Source: Dudresnaya verticillata
Taxonomy: Eukaryota
Direction: 5' to 3'
DNA: 64,000 bases
NCBI GenBank assembly: GCA_977862235.1
Contig: OZ374566.1
Span: forward strand, 248,001 to 312,000
The translations under genes were made by a program, and so were the position numbers. Below, piece by piece: positions 1 through 12,022 of this stretch. Under the pieces are notes generated by a model that was given only the letters and a program-made list of their open reading frames with translations, was not told the DNA's origin and ran no database searches. Position 1 is the stretch's first letter, and each line of letters begins with the position of its first letter.

Positions 1-595
1 GCTCATGTTGAGGCCAGAGACCGAGAATATGCTCGATACAAGTGGCTAATATTGAGCGGATGGAGCGTGGTGAGCCTGCCTTTACCCTGGTCGACAGATT
101 CTCGCAGAGGTCAAGAAGTGATACGAAATGGCGGGCGACAAAGAAGCCCATGCGGGTAATATTCTCTCCCGTCTGCTCAATGTGGACGTCTCAGTGGGTA
201 AGCGTGTGTGCTCGAGCGGATCCGAAAACGGCATTGCGAAGGTTGTCATCGCAACAGGTATTGACAATCAGATCAGATCGTTTACAAGAATTGCACGAAG
301 CCTATTCCGAGAGTGGGGCTTCTACATCGCGTTCTACTTCCTCCCTAAGTGCACGTACAGAACGATGCAAGTCCTGTAAATTTCGCCGAGCATGACGAAG
401 CGCACTTATTATCCTTCTTCCGAATTATTGAATGAGGTAGCGAACGAAATTGGATGCCCTTTGCACTTCGCCCTCCAGGCCACGGAATACGTTCCGCAGA
501 TGGGCGACTTGTTGACGTAGTCGTATGACCTCGACCTGTGCGTCGCCAACGGTTGGGTTAAGGGGCAACGGCATTTCGGGTGTTGGTCGAGCTTC

Positions 596-958
596 TCAGA
601 AGTTGTGCTGAAGTTGGTTCTCAATATCCGAATCCAACTCAGGGTCGTCTTCACCCAGGACTTGTATCCCAAGACGCCGTTCGATGGTTTGCAGTCTTCT
701 TCTCGCAGCTCTCGCGATGTGCACTGCCTGAACCACAACCCTCGACAAGCGGTCCATGACGTTGGTGGTTACCTCGCTCATTCTCTGCCGAGCACTTTCC
801 ACTCGAGTTCTTAGCGCGTCTACCTCCATTCGAAGAGCCCGTACCTCGGCGAGAAGTGCTTCCGTATCCACGTCCATTGCAGAGCCGGCCTCATGTCCAT
901 CGTCTCGCGATGACGCCATGGGTATGGAAACGAGAGCTGCCTGCCGAACGAAGCGCAC
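596..958 (-). CDS. Orphan short predicted coiled-coil protein (cargo)
   Basis: 120-aa ORF with heptad-like segment EALLAEVRALRMEVDALRTRVESARQRM; no recognised family. Confidence 0.4.
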   Translation of the reverse strand: MRFVRQAALVSIPMASSRDDGHEAGSAMDVDTEALLAEVRALRMEVDALRTRVESARQRMSEVTTNVMDRLSRVVVQAVHIARAARRRLQTIERRLGIQVLGEDDPELDSDIENQLQHNF

Positions 959-1018
959 TCTTGACTGGCGAAAAATGTGAGTTTATTACGCAGCAAAAGT
1001 GCAGGTGTTTCAAGATGT

Positions 1019-4000
1019 CTACGACTCGGGTTCGAAAGGTTCCATCTCTTTGAGATCCCACGCAAAGAATGCAGTTAAATCCCTAAGCAGGGCCGGTTGT
1101 TCCTCCGGGCCCTTGAAGGTGTAATTGTATGGCTTGTCAGCAAATGCGTCTAACAGATTGAATGAGAACACCGCCACGAGATGTTCACCAGGTTTGCTGA
1201 ACTGCTGCAACGAGTGACCGTGTATTTTCTCCTTAACCCCAGTTCCGTCTTCATTCGGCTGAATTGTCGCCTCCCCAACTTTCTGCTGCCCGTATCTGAG
1301 CCACACTCTGTCGCCCCCTTTCAGTTTCGCCCCACCGCGCTTGAAGGAATAGTCCTGAGACAAGATTTTGTCTTTCACTGCTACTGAGTCTTGCACGACA
1401 CTGTAACCCTGTTTGTCATCCTTCCCCGCTTCTGTGACATCCTTAGTGTGCGATGCCACTCCGCACTCAGCTTGACGCGCCTTCTTCGATTTTTCTTGCG
1501 TCTCCGAAAGATCCGTTGAACGCTTATTTGGAAGTAAATCCCCAGATACGCCACTCTGGTTCTCGTTGGCGAGGCGTTGTAGTCTTTCTGTGGCTAATCT
1601 GAACGTCTCAGCTTTGCTTTCCACAAGAGTGCACTTCGGATCCAATCTGAGACACGCAATTCCTGTAGTCATCGTTCCGGCGTGTGTGACCAGAACAGAA
1701 CCTCCGTCAGGGCAGAACGTGGTAAGGACTTCAGTGAGCATGTCCGGGTTCTTTTCTTCTGTGAGAAGCGGAGCTCTAGTCGTTCCAAGCTTCAGAATTT
1801 TATCCCTGGCCGCGGGAACAGATGTCATGACAGCGAACTTTCTTCTCTCGCCACATGGAACGTAGTGGTACGGACTTGACAAGTCGGGGGAGAATGATGC
1901 CTTCGATATTCCTTTTCGCCTGCCAAATACTGCAATCTCAGCACCATTTTGTAATCCCTTCCTGCGACTTATCTGCATCGTAGCTGTGTCCTTGCATATC
2001 ACAAATGGGTACTGCGGGCAATCGAAGCTCTTCTCCGTAAGAGCTCTTCTAAATGTGGGGAAGTTCATAAAACTGCAAAAGATGAAGACCCACCCACCCT
2101 CCTTCACTACTCGTCCGCAGAACTCACACAAACGCCTGACGTCTTCTTCAGTAAACCTGTTATCATACGCAGTACCAGCGTCTGACATGCCCTTCGGTGT
2201 CCCGTACGGTGGGTCTGCAAGGACAAGGTCAAATAGAGGACTGGACTCGTTTCTGATTGACCTGTCATACTCTTGCCACAGCATCTGATGGGTGCTTATT
2301 CCGCATTTGGAGATAACATCACGGTCTCCCTCAATAGACGATGTGTTTAATCTCTCCGATTGTCGAGTAGATGCCGCTGAGCGAATAGAGGGCCTGGAAA
2401 CATTCTCTCCACGCTGATCAACCTGTTCTGCTGTACCGGTCTCACCATTCTCGCCATCTTCATTGCCATGCACCTTGACCGGCGTGGTCATATGCAGTGT
2501 CTGATTGACGACGCCGGTAGTTATGTCGAGACTTTCCTGCTCTTCTTCAAGTGCCATCCCGTCCATTCCATCCCTTTCCTCGGCATTGCTCCGATCAACC
2601 ACGCTATCGGAGCCAATCTTAGACATTGAAACCGAATGGTTCTCCTTCTGGCCAGTTGCGGGATTGGATTCCCCCTGGGACTCGACCTGTGTGCGGAACT
2701 GGTATCTAAACTTCTTTTCTTTCCGTGGAGCTTCCTGAGGGCATTCCCTTCGATATGCATCAAGCAACGGTTTTATAACATCCTGATCGTTGCCGAAGTT
2801 CGCGTACCCCATGGTCCAACTTCGTGGAGTGCAAAAGGTTTTCCCGAATGACCTGCATACCTTCCGGCCAAGTTTGGGTCTCCAACAATCGTTCGAATTT
2901 ACGCGCTTCCTTCATTGCCTCCTTCGCTTTCTGAAACTGCTCCAGGGTCTGATAGCTTGCCACAGGCCGGAAGTTCTGAAGTCGGTGCATTTCACGGAGT
3001 CTAGACTACAGCTGTACAATGTAGCTATCTGGACTTCCACCCCGTCCGACATCTTGCTTGCATTCATGTATGATGCTGCAGACTTTAGAGACGATATATG
3101 GATGAATTTCCTGTACACTCTACAGTCGACGCTTCGCATTGCCCCATCTTTGTCCATCGACGTGCCTTCCCTGTCGCAACTTATCTTGGCAGCCAAGTCC
3201 GGCCTTTCCTCATTTGTGATGAGTCCTATTGCATCGATAACCTTCTGACCCAAACTCATAACAGTCTGAGCAGTCTGTTTAATGGTGTTGTTGCGATAGA
3301 GCTTCGAGCCATCATAAGCCTCAGCAATTCTGGGGGCGCTGGGTTGCTTCCCTGTCTTGGATTGCAACCGATCAGCCTCCTGTCGCAAGCCGTGGATAAG
3401 ATCGTAAAACGTAGTTTCGATGAAATAACCCTGTGCATTTTTCTCGTTCTGGTGACGGGCAAGCTGTCGTAGTTCACAGACGCTGTGACCGCCTTTCAGT
3501 ACGGTGACTGGCCACGCAAACGATTTCCACACTGTGGGAACTTCCTCCATTAATTCTGATATGACACGATTTCGATGTACTCCATCCACAATACCATACC
3601 ACTTGGCACGACTATTCGCCTTTACCGACGCATCCTCGTCGGAACACAACTTTCCTCCTTCTGTTTTCGACTTCTTGAAATTTGCTACAACCAAACCCCT
3701 TACTGCTCCGTTTAGTTCTACAACGATAGGGGAGTCGGACCCAGCGACGTAGCCAACAACTCCCTCCCTGTCTTGAGAATAACGTAGGTGAAAACGCGCT
3801 TTTAGTCGTTCCACACCAGATCGCACAACAGGCCTTATCTGTGTCAATGGAATACATGCTCTGGGGTCGATTCGAATGTTGACCGAGCCATCCATGACAT
3901 CAGGGAACAACGCCTTCCCTCTACTAATGGAGGGAGCTATTTCTGCTTCTGCAGGGGAGCTATCACCCCTTGTCCTGTTCTCTTTCTCGTCATCTCGTAC

Positions 4001-4253
4001 AAACTCCCTGTTGAACGCGGCGGCGGTTTTCGAAGGTCTGTCACAGTTCTGTTCTGTGGGTTCCGCAATTCTGCAGCCCTTATTGCAGGATGCTGAATGT
4101 CTTGATAACAAGTTGCGGGTCACGAGCTTATGCTCGTATAGGCGTGAAACGTTCTGTTAACTTTGTTGTCGTCGAGGCTCAGGCTGCAATCATTTCAGAG
4201 TCAGTGGATGGCATATTGATACTGCAGTGCACATGCCCGTTCAGTATTCCCAT
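1019..4253 (-). pseudogene. ParB/Srx-like domain fused to beta-class amino (N6A/N4C) DNA methyltransferase, split by frameshifts
   Basis: ORF 2912-4123 has ParB-like WYGIVDGVHR. Overlapping ORFs 2760-2990 and 1019-2812 continue in shifted frames. The last has FDLVLADPPYG (motif IV) followed by EKNPDML...PDGGSVLVTHAGTMTTGIAC (degenerate motif X/I). Stops occur in the putative N-terminal part (4123-4253). Confidence 0.8.
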
Positions 4254-4924
4254 GTCTAGTGCCAGAACGGTTTGACCACCTCGTGCAACTCGTACTGCTT
4301 TAATCAGTGAAAACTACCGTACAGTCCGCAAAGTGCAGGATTAAGAATCGGGAGACCATACGACAGGACAAACCTACCGTCCAGATGTTCTGATTTCACT
4401 TTTCCTCTTCATGAGGGGCCGCCTGAATTCTTAGGTGGAGTAAGAAATCATGCAGCCTTTTCCACCACGTCACAACACGTAAAGGCAACAGTGACGCTGT
4501 TTTGAGCAGGGCGGGAGGCATTATTATCCACTGAGATATGCGGAAAGGGTACTTTGATTACATGATATCTCGAGATATCATCCAATAGCATATATAGCGT
4601 ATATAGCATAGACACTGCGTTTAAGGGTATTGGCAAAATTCTTTCTTCCCACGTCGGAAGCGATCCACGACAGGCCCTGTACAAAGTCAAATCTGAAACA
4701 AAACGTGGCTACAGACACGCCCATTTCCTTCATTAGGCCATATCCTTATTCCACGTGGCTATGTTGGGATCTGTACAGTTTCGAAAAAAGCCGCTGTCTC
4801 CCATCTGGAATAAAAAGTTGACAACTGAACACTTTAATCTTGGGGGCAATGCGTCGACACACCCAGTGCGCGGGCAATATCGAAACAAACAGAAGGATAA
4901 CTCGTTCTGCAGACTGGAGAGACA

Positions 4925-5512
4925 ATGAGCGAACGAGTCGGAAGCCAGGGCAGGTCGCTAGATACATCAGAGTGTAACAGAACTGTCGGATTTCAGCTGG
5001 ACAATTTGGAGCTTTCTGAAAACTTGTCCTCATTCGACCTCAAGATGCTCTGCACAGAAGATGAGAGCACTGAGGAAATGGCGTGTCGAATCGGAGAGCG
5101 TCAATTGCTCTCAGTTCTCTGCTTGATGAGGACTCGCGGAATAGTAGTACGCGGATACGATAAACTCGGTTTCAGACCTTTCGATCGGTCTGTCTTCCAA
5201 CGCTTCTTGAGAAGGATTTCAGGGTGCCCATTGTCTCGATACGAGCAGGAGAAGGAGTGTACAGGGGCATTCAAACGGTTCACGCAGGAAATTGAGGATC
5301 GAGAGAACCAGAGGCTGTTGGCGGATCCAAGTTTAGCTATTCTGCTTGAGGTTGGGTGTCGTGGGGAAAGGAAGTTCAGTAACTACCGTAAGAGAAACGA
5401 GTACTACTGTGCTGTTCAGAAGTTCAATTGCAGAAAGAAGGAAATAGAGAAGCTGAGCAGAGACAGTACATTCGATTGTAAAGGAAAGTGTGACCCATGG
5501 TCAGAGCTGTAG
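4925..5512 (+). CDS. Hypothetical protein (cargo)
   Basis: 195-aa ATG-initiated ORF with protein-like composition; no recognised domain. Confidence 0.35.
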   Translation: MSERVGSQGRSLDTSECNRTVGFQLDNLELSENLSSFDLKMLCTEDESTEEMACRIGERQLLSVLCLMRTRGIVVRGYDKLGFRPFDRSVFQRFLRRISGCPLSRYEQEKECTGAFKRFTQEIEDRENQRLLADPSLAILLEVGCRGERKFSNYRKRNEYYCAVQKFNCRKKEIEKLSRDSTFDCKGKCDPWSEL

Positions 5513-6043
5513 TAAAGGCGTTTTGGCTGTGGTTCAGCTGCGGACAAATTCCCTGCTTGACACATATTGGTTTTTCGGACCGGTTAGTATTCTGATTTGG
5601 AACAGCATTAATCCCTCCTACTGACATGTCGTGTCTTCATTACGTCTGCCATGTGCCCCCAGATCTTCGTGTTATGTACAGCCGGTAACAGTTTGCTTAG
5701 GTCCTCAGGCACTACACATTCTTGCCTGCTTGCAAAACGACACCCCATGAACGACGCCACGTGGCGGCGTAAACGTACAAAGTGGACAGGTAGTGGAAAT
5801 GCCCCACGTTGCAGATCGAAGTAAGATATATCCCCTCATTGGTGTCTATTGAAATGCATGCCGTACGAACACACGTGGACCGTCAAAGAACTCCGCGGCT
5901 CGAGCCGAGATTGTGAAGAGAGACTCGTCTATTTTCATTACTGCGTACTTCACCCCTTACCACCATATTATACCCCCTCGCAGCTAACGCCAAGCTCGCA
6001 TCAGAGCAAGCAGAGCTTCCACATCATCGGGTCTATCACAACA

Positions 6044-6709
6044 ATGTTTTCGGGCCTTGGTGCAGTTCCCGGGGACATGCAATCTGCTTTTGGAACGTTT
6101 CACAAGCACGTCAGAGCGCAGCTGAAATGCAGACTAAACAATTGCTCGAGGAGGCTTCGGAGTGAGTATTTGCAGTTTCCACGGCGGGTAATGGACGCTT
6201 TGGAAGTCCGTGAGAGCGAAACACTCATGAATGGAAGTCGAAATAGCGAGTTGAACCATGTTCTATCGCAACACGAGCATGACTGCAAGATGCTGGATGC
6301 CGTGTACAGGACCGGGATGAAGAAGTTGGAGTATGTTTGTGATGACGGTTTCTATGGTGCAACAGCTCACGACATAGATTCTGTGCTACTCGAGGCAACT
6401 AGGACGGCAAGCGCGCCCGTTCGCGACCTGGAGAGAATGTGCCGTTTATTAGTCACATGGCATTATGCCAAGAAAATATGGAAGGTTCGGAGGAGGTCAG
6501 GAGGGCGAGGGCCGAGCAAGCTAAACGTAACATCAGCGTCTTGTATGCCACGGCGCTCTTTGATGAGTCAGGATAAATCCGAAACGATAGACATTGGGCA
6601 GGTGGATTTTGTTACACTTTGTGCAGCCAAAGTGGCTGTCTTCGATGTATACATGCTGGTATTTTCTATACTCAGTGCAGACAATGTATCGGTGTCGAGG
6701 TCTATATGA
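6044..6709 (+). CDS. Hypothetical protein (cargo)
   Basis: Within the 286-aa ORF 5849-6709; likely start ACAATG at 6044 (MFSGLGAV...); no recognised domain. Confidence 0.4.
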   Translation: MFSGLGAVPGDMQSAFGTFHKHVRAQLKCRLNNCSRRLRSEYLQFPRRVMDALEVRESETLMNGSRNSELNHVLSQHEHDCKMLDAVYRTGMKKLEYVCDDGFYGATAHDIDSVLLEATRTASAPVRDLERMCRLLVTWHYAKKIWKVRRRSGGRGPSKLNVTSASCMPRRSLMSQDKSETIDIGQVDFVTLCAAKVAVFDVYMLVFSILSADNVSVSRSI

Positions 6710-6730
6710 AGGACACCGCGGACCCCAACG

Positions 6731-7018
6731 GTGATGCACGGTGACAAAATGCTACCTTCCGACACAGCTCCCGAAAGGCTTGTAGAAGAACTCAGGGAGC
6801 TCCGCGCTGAAATCATCGAGGCGCGCGGAGTTGCCCTGGCTGAGCTGGATACCACTTTTTGGCTCCGGGACCAGCTCATGGGATGGGCACGTGAAATGAT
6901 CGCGAGGGCTGGCCAGGTTGAAGAAGGGGTGATGAGGGGAGCTCGGGGTGTGTTAGGGTTGCTGGGCTGGGAGGTCCCATTGGAGTGGACGGTAGAAGAT
7001 CCTGAATCAGAGGCATGA
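6731..7018 (+). CDS. Orphan short helical/coiled-coil protein (cargo)
   Basis: 95-aa ORF, ERLVEELRELRAEIIEARG; loosely resembles ORF 596-958. Confidence 0.35.
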   Translation: MMHGDKMLPSDTAPERLVEELRELRAEIIEARGVALAELDTTFWLRDQLMGWAREMIARAGQVEEGVMRGARGVLGLLGWEVPLEWTVEDPESEA

Positions 7019-8240
7019 GTGGGTTGGGATGTAAAGGGTAATAAACGAAACCTTCCTTGTGGTGTTGAATCCGTGCATGCACTAGTCGCATATGGTGGGA
7101 GCATGATTCATTTTAGCAGTAGAGTACAGTCGTGCCCACAAGCCCTTCACCGCCTTTCCCCGCCGTGAGCTTACCGAGTTAACAAAATTGCGCACTGCCG
7201 TCTTGTCTGACGCCGACTGCTAGGCCCTACAACCCGCCTTCGCTCACGGCACCACACGTGGCTTGTCACGCGTTCCTCCCCCTGTCGCATCTTTGGGAAG
7301 CCCCTGGAAATCACTAATGCCGCAGGAGTAGTTGCGCAGGTACTGAGCTAGATGTGGAGGCGGTTGTTGGTTCAGGCGCGCATCTGTACAGCTTGAGAAC
7401 GCGATGACGGTGAAGATTGGCGATGCTGGGATTTAAAAAGTAAGGATGGAACACAGCAAAGGAAATGGCGATAGTGTAGTGATGAAGATTGAATGAATGG
7501 ATAATTGTCAAGTGTTGTTTGTTGATTTGAGTTTGTTGATCATCTGATGCCACTATTCTGACATGGAGGTAAAACTCTAGCATACTTATACAGTTCGAGT
7601 CGTGCTGTATCATGCGAAGGAGCGGCTCAATCCTAACCATCTCATTATCTAGTCGTTAGCCTGTAAGTATTGTACTGTTTGAATAAAACACAACAAAGAA
7701 AAAGGCTTTAAGCCATTGTGCTGCATTCCCAAGGAAGTCAGTAAGAACCAAATGCATGGTCACAGTGCTTGAAGATAACAACGGCACAGAATGAAGTATG
7801 TACCGATATGTGAATATCACAACGGTACTGTACAAAATAAGAACCGCTTTCCATTCTTGTTAAGGCTGTTCATCTATAGTGCTTGAAGCTATGGCCCACA
7901 AATATACAGGGATAACCGCAGTGGGATAAGAGCGCGGTACAGATTCGGGGGTGCCAATCGAGCTGCGCACCACTGCGAAGTCAAAATTCAGCAGTGGCAT
8001 GGGAAGTGGGGTCGGTAGCGGGGATCAGGGTGTGCGCGATGGTGGGCACCCGCAGTAGTAGGGCTGTCCCTGGTCATGAGCCTCGCGGGGCGGATGCGGG
8101 AAACGGGCGACGAGGCAGTCTGTATGCGTTCCCGTACGGACGCGCACAGGACAGTACAGTAGGTGCGGTGAGAAGGCGTGGCGCGGCAGAGTAGGGGCTG
8201 CGGAAACAGGGCCGCGCATGCATCTGCAGTGCGGTGCGCG

Positions 8241-8276
8241 GGGGGGCACGGTACAACCGGGGGGCACGGTACAACC
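8241..8276 (+). repeat. 18-bp tandem duplication in GC-rich subterminal region
   Basis: GGGGGGCACGGTACAACC x2; a 14-bp palindrome GGCCCGGCCGGGCC lies nearby at 8388-8401. Confidence 0.9.
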
Positions 8277-8865
8277 GGGGCATTATGTGCCATGGGGGGG
8301 CGTGCCGTGGCATCAGGGAGTGGGGGCGAGCGCATGGGGCAGGTGGGGACCGGGCGGACCAATTTGGCCCAGTCCGGACCACGGAGTGGCCCGGCCGGGC
8401 CAAATCGACGCAAAGAAATTAAATTTCGGAAAACCTAGAATTATTTTGTGTAAAATCACGCAATCCGCCATAACTTTGGAACAAATGGTCCGTTGGCCAA
8501 TCGGATTTCACCATCGTACTCATGGCACGCTCCCCTTTCCAACAATATCATAAAATAGCTATTCGACTCCAGTCTGTTTTCAAAGTCAGATTCTGGAATG
8601 GCGTAAATGGGTGTTTCGAGAAGAATATGAACGTATTGTGTCGAGGTCTCAAGTACAACGAGGTATCAAGTCAATACCTCCGCCATCAGCTAATCACAAA
8701 TATTTACCAGGCGACTTTGCGTACGTCTACAGAGAAGGTTTACGACACTACACGGGGCCCCATCTCATTGCCTCTGTGGAAGAAAAATGTGTTAGACTGC
8801 ATCTCGGGGAAAGGAATGGACCTCGCTCGTTTAATGTTGCACAATTAAGACAGGCTCCTGTTGAA

Positions 8866-9472
8866 TGTGGTGAAGTGAAAGGCACACCTGTAAGGAGAGC
8901 GGATCAGGCAATCCCAATAAGGAGTGATCTCACACGGCACCGGGGTGGTAGAGCTTAGTTCGTAGACCGAAGGGAGCACCTCGAGCGGCAACACTTGTAA
9001 GGAGTAAAGGTACGCAACAGACAAGGGGGACGGTACAGTGCCAGGGCAGCTACACCGGGACGGAGGTAAGAGGAATTCGTGCACGGGGCTGGCGAGGGGA
9101 AACCGTAAAGGAGTATGAGGGTAAGGCTTAGGGTAAGTCACTTTGCCCAGGGTTGCGTACCCGTTTACTGTAGGACTCGCGGTGGCCACCCATTAATATA
9201 CTGGGAGATACGCCCCGCGGTCCGGTCCGTGTGGGCCAGACCCCAATGGGTCTGGTCCACCAGGTAGGTCCGGCCCTACTGGTCCCGGACACCATTACGG
9301 ACATGCTCGGCATTCTCATTGGCCGGCTGACACTACGTACTGTACAACATCATTACAATTACCTAATTACAAATAAATCAGCTACTTGGCTCCTATTTGT
9401 GGTGCGCGCAGACTCCAGCAAGGCGTACAGTGCTACTGTGTCGCTGCACTCCCGTTCGGATTTTGGCGCCAG
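8866..9472 (-). repeat. Gypsy 3' LTR, lacking ~68 bp at its inner end
   Basis: Matches 19322-19927 with ~11 differences by manual count; the match stops at TTTTGGCGCCAG. Confidence 0.95.
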
Positions 9473-11832
9473 GTTGGTCAGGTTGGGGGTGGAGTAACCT
9501 CACCCCCACTCCGATTGGGTGTCGGCGGCGGACCGTCGGGTTCGCTGCCATACGCGCCGGGGACACCGGGTAGCTACCACGGGCGTGTGGACTCAATGGG
9601 GTACACCGATGAGGGAACTTGGCCTGGACGGGAGTATGATCACCGCACCGGGCTGCGTCAGCGTACCGAGGAGGAGCGCGATATGGTGCGTCTCCCCATG
9701 CCCGTTTCGATGTTCGTTTCCAACTATGGTGGCACCCTCGAGGGGCGTCGCTACAGTGCTGTTACTGACGCCGGTGGGTTAATCAACAACAAGCCGTTCC
9801 CGAATCGGCGTGAGGAGATGTGGAGAGCCAGGTGGATTCACTCAAACTGCAGAGTGCGAACTCCAACCGGGTGTGACATCGTGTGGCCGAGGTGTCAGGA
9901 AGAAGAAGGCTATCCCGATAAGGTGTGCCGATTGTTGGCCATGGCCCATCGACTGCGAGAGCATCCTGTTGGTGTCGAGTTCCTGTGCTACGAGAAGCCG
10001 TATGACCAAGGGGTTCACTGGTTTGCGAATCCGCAGCGGTGGGCCGACGACAGAGCGAAAGAGCATCGACTCCGGTTACGGAGTAGAGATGGACGCCGTC
10101 TCGGAAGGGCGATACTCCACACTTGGAACACCAACGAATTCTTCCAGGTGCCGCCGGGGGCGCACCGTCGCTTGTACTGCACCACTCCGGATTGGTGGGC
10201 TGAGTACGAAGTCACCCGTTGGTTGTCAGTGCCAAAGCCGACGGTGGCGGCGTACTTCTCCAACCGGTTCATTCAGCATCGCGACTGGCAAGCTGCACAC
10301 CCAGGCGGAGAGAAGTCAATCGACCATCCGCTGATGACGGTGTTGGGTCGGATACTCCAAGCGGAATGGGCCATGTTAGTCCTCTTCTCCTGGTTACAGG
10401 TCACCTGCAGGGGTGTAAGAGCCAATACCAAGATGACCGACTGGAGGGCGTACCCGCGGAGCAGAACGGATCCGGAAGGTGGCGAGTGCGGGCGCATATT
10501 CAAGCTACCAGGGCCTGTGGTTACCCTTATACACCACGTTGGAGTAGACCGGTTGGTTGAGGGGACCGAATACCCCTTGGCGCGTGTGGAACGCCTCTTC
10601 ACGGTTCACGCAGACACCAATTGGGAGCGAACGCCAGGGTTCATCGGTTATCATTGGAATGACGACCGCGTGTTGTCGGTGCCACCGCTAACCTCCGGGT
10701 GTGGTATGGCGTATTTCATATATCGGAAGAAGACCCCGAGCCGGCGTGGTTGATCGCCGAGAAGATGTAAAACTGGCACGCGATGCGCGCCCGCTCAAGG
10801 TTCTACCCCATGACGGAGGGGCCATCAAGGGTTCCGCCATCACGCGAGTGGGGTACTCCATCCGGTGTGCCGTATCAACAGGGACGCCTCGACAGTCCGC
10901 CTGCCGACGAGATTACGCCGGTGGGGGTTGACGAGATTGAGAAGGGACGCGGGGACCCAAGGGTCCTCGTCCCAAGAGAATCCCCTGGTGGAGAAGCCAT
11001 AAAGGTGTGGGGCGACCGCACGACTTCGTCGCCCAAGAAGACCGTAACGGAGTCTCCTCCTGTAGGAACGGAGATCGAGGCGCAGGGGGGTTTGTCGGGG
11101 GTGGCCGCAGCATCTACACCAATCGGGGCTTCGAAACCGGCTGTCTCGCCGGGGGTCAACGCGAACACCAAGTTGGACAAGGCGGCGAATACCGTAGCGG
11201 TAGGGAAGCCCACGGTAGTGGCGGCAGCCGCGGCTAAGTTGGGTCCCGTCGGGGAGCACGACGACTCCGAGATGGAAGAGGACGCTACACCAGTGGGGAC
11301 CGACCAAGTGGAGGAACTCGCGACCACACGGCCTGGAGTAGCAGTGAAGACCCCTACACCGAAGCGGGGTGAAGGTGCCAAACCGGTGTCGCCCGCGTCG
11401 AGTGACTCCATTACCTTTGTGGCCGCTGCGGGTCCAGGTGGAGGGCCACCCCGTCATATCGACCCCGTGGTGGTGAAACAAGAGGAGGATGCCCCGAAGG
11501 AGATGCCGAGTTGGACCGAAGCGGAGTTGCGCGTAGATGGGGCTTCCCTGCAGCGACTCCACGAAGGGTGTAGAGATGCGGGCATGCCTCTTCCAGCGTC
11601 GGCGAACGAAGCCATTAACACCGCCGTGCTGTGGGTCGGGCGTCTGGCGCGCCTAAGGCGTACCATTCGCGCTTTGCGTCGACGCATGACAGACACCGGC
11701 AGGAGACTCACCATGATTACTGCAAGGGTGTATGGTGAAGATATTCCCGACTTGGAGGAGAGTGCGGCCAAGGAGGAAGATACGGAGGCCGACCTGGCGC
11801 CGCCAGCGAAGCGTCCGCGAAATGCAGTGTAA
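9386..11832 (+). CDS. Antisense extra ORF(s) of the gypsy element, unknown function
   Basis: 455-aa (9386-10753) and 349-aa (10783-11832) ORFs opposite to gag-pol; AATAAA at 11853-11858. Confidence 0.65.
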
Positions 11833-12022
11833 GCGTAGAAATGCCACTTGTCAATAAAATCGTGTGATTTGTGTGAGCCCCCCTTCCGCTGGCGGAGGGG
11901 AAGTGGAATAACACCACTGTGGAGTGAGTCTTGAAGTGGAGGGGCTACCCTACCCCACACAAGGCTTTGCGTCCGGTCGACGACTACCGAATACCAGGAG
12001 GGGTTGCCCGCTTGCCGGCGAT

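Larger units (their letters stand above)
1..8613. mobile_element. Right-hand part of a putative large cargo-carrying DNA transposon (left end outside window)
   Basis: Copia coding sequence starts abruptly after ...GCGTAAATGGGTG (8613). The reverse complement CACCCATTTACGCC begins with CAC, as CMC-group termini do. A GC-rich repeat/palindrome region precedes it. No transposase or second end is visible. Confidence 0.4.

Noticed and set aside
8380..8440. Helitron 3' end (hairpin + CTAG)
   Set aside because: CTAG is followed by A rather than T, and non-copia sequence continues to 8613
11600..11832. Similarity of the antisense ORF C-terminus (RRL...VYGEDIPDLE) to ORF 596-958 (RRL...VLGEDDPELD)
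   Set aside because: Short and within compositionally biased coiled coil; cannot be separated from chance without a profile search
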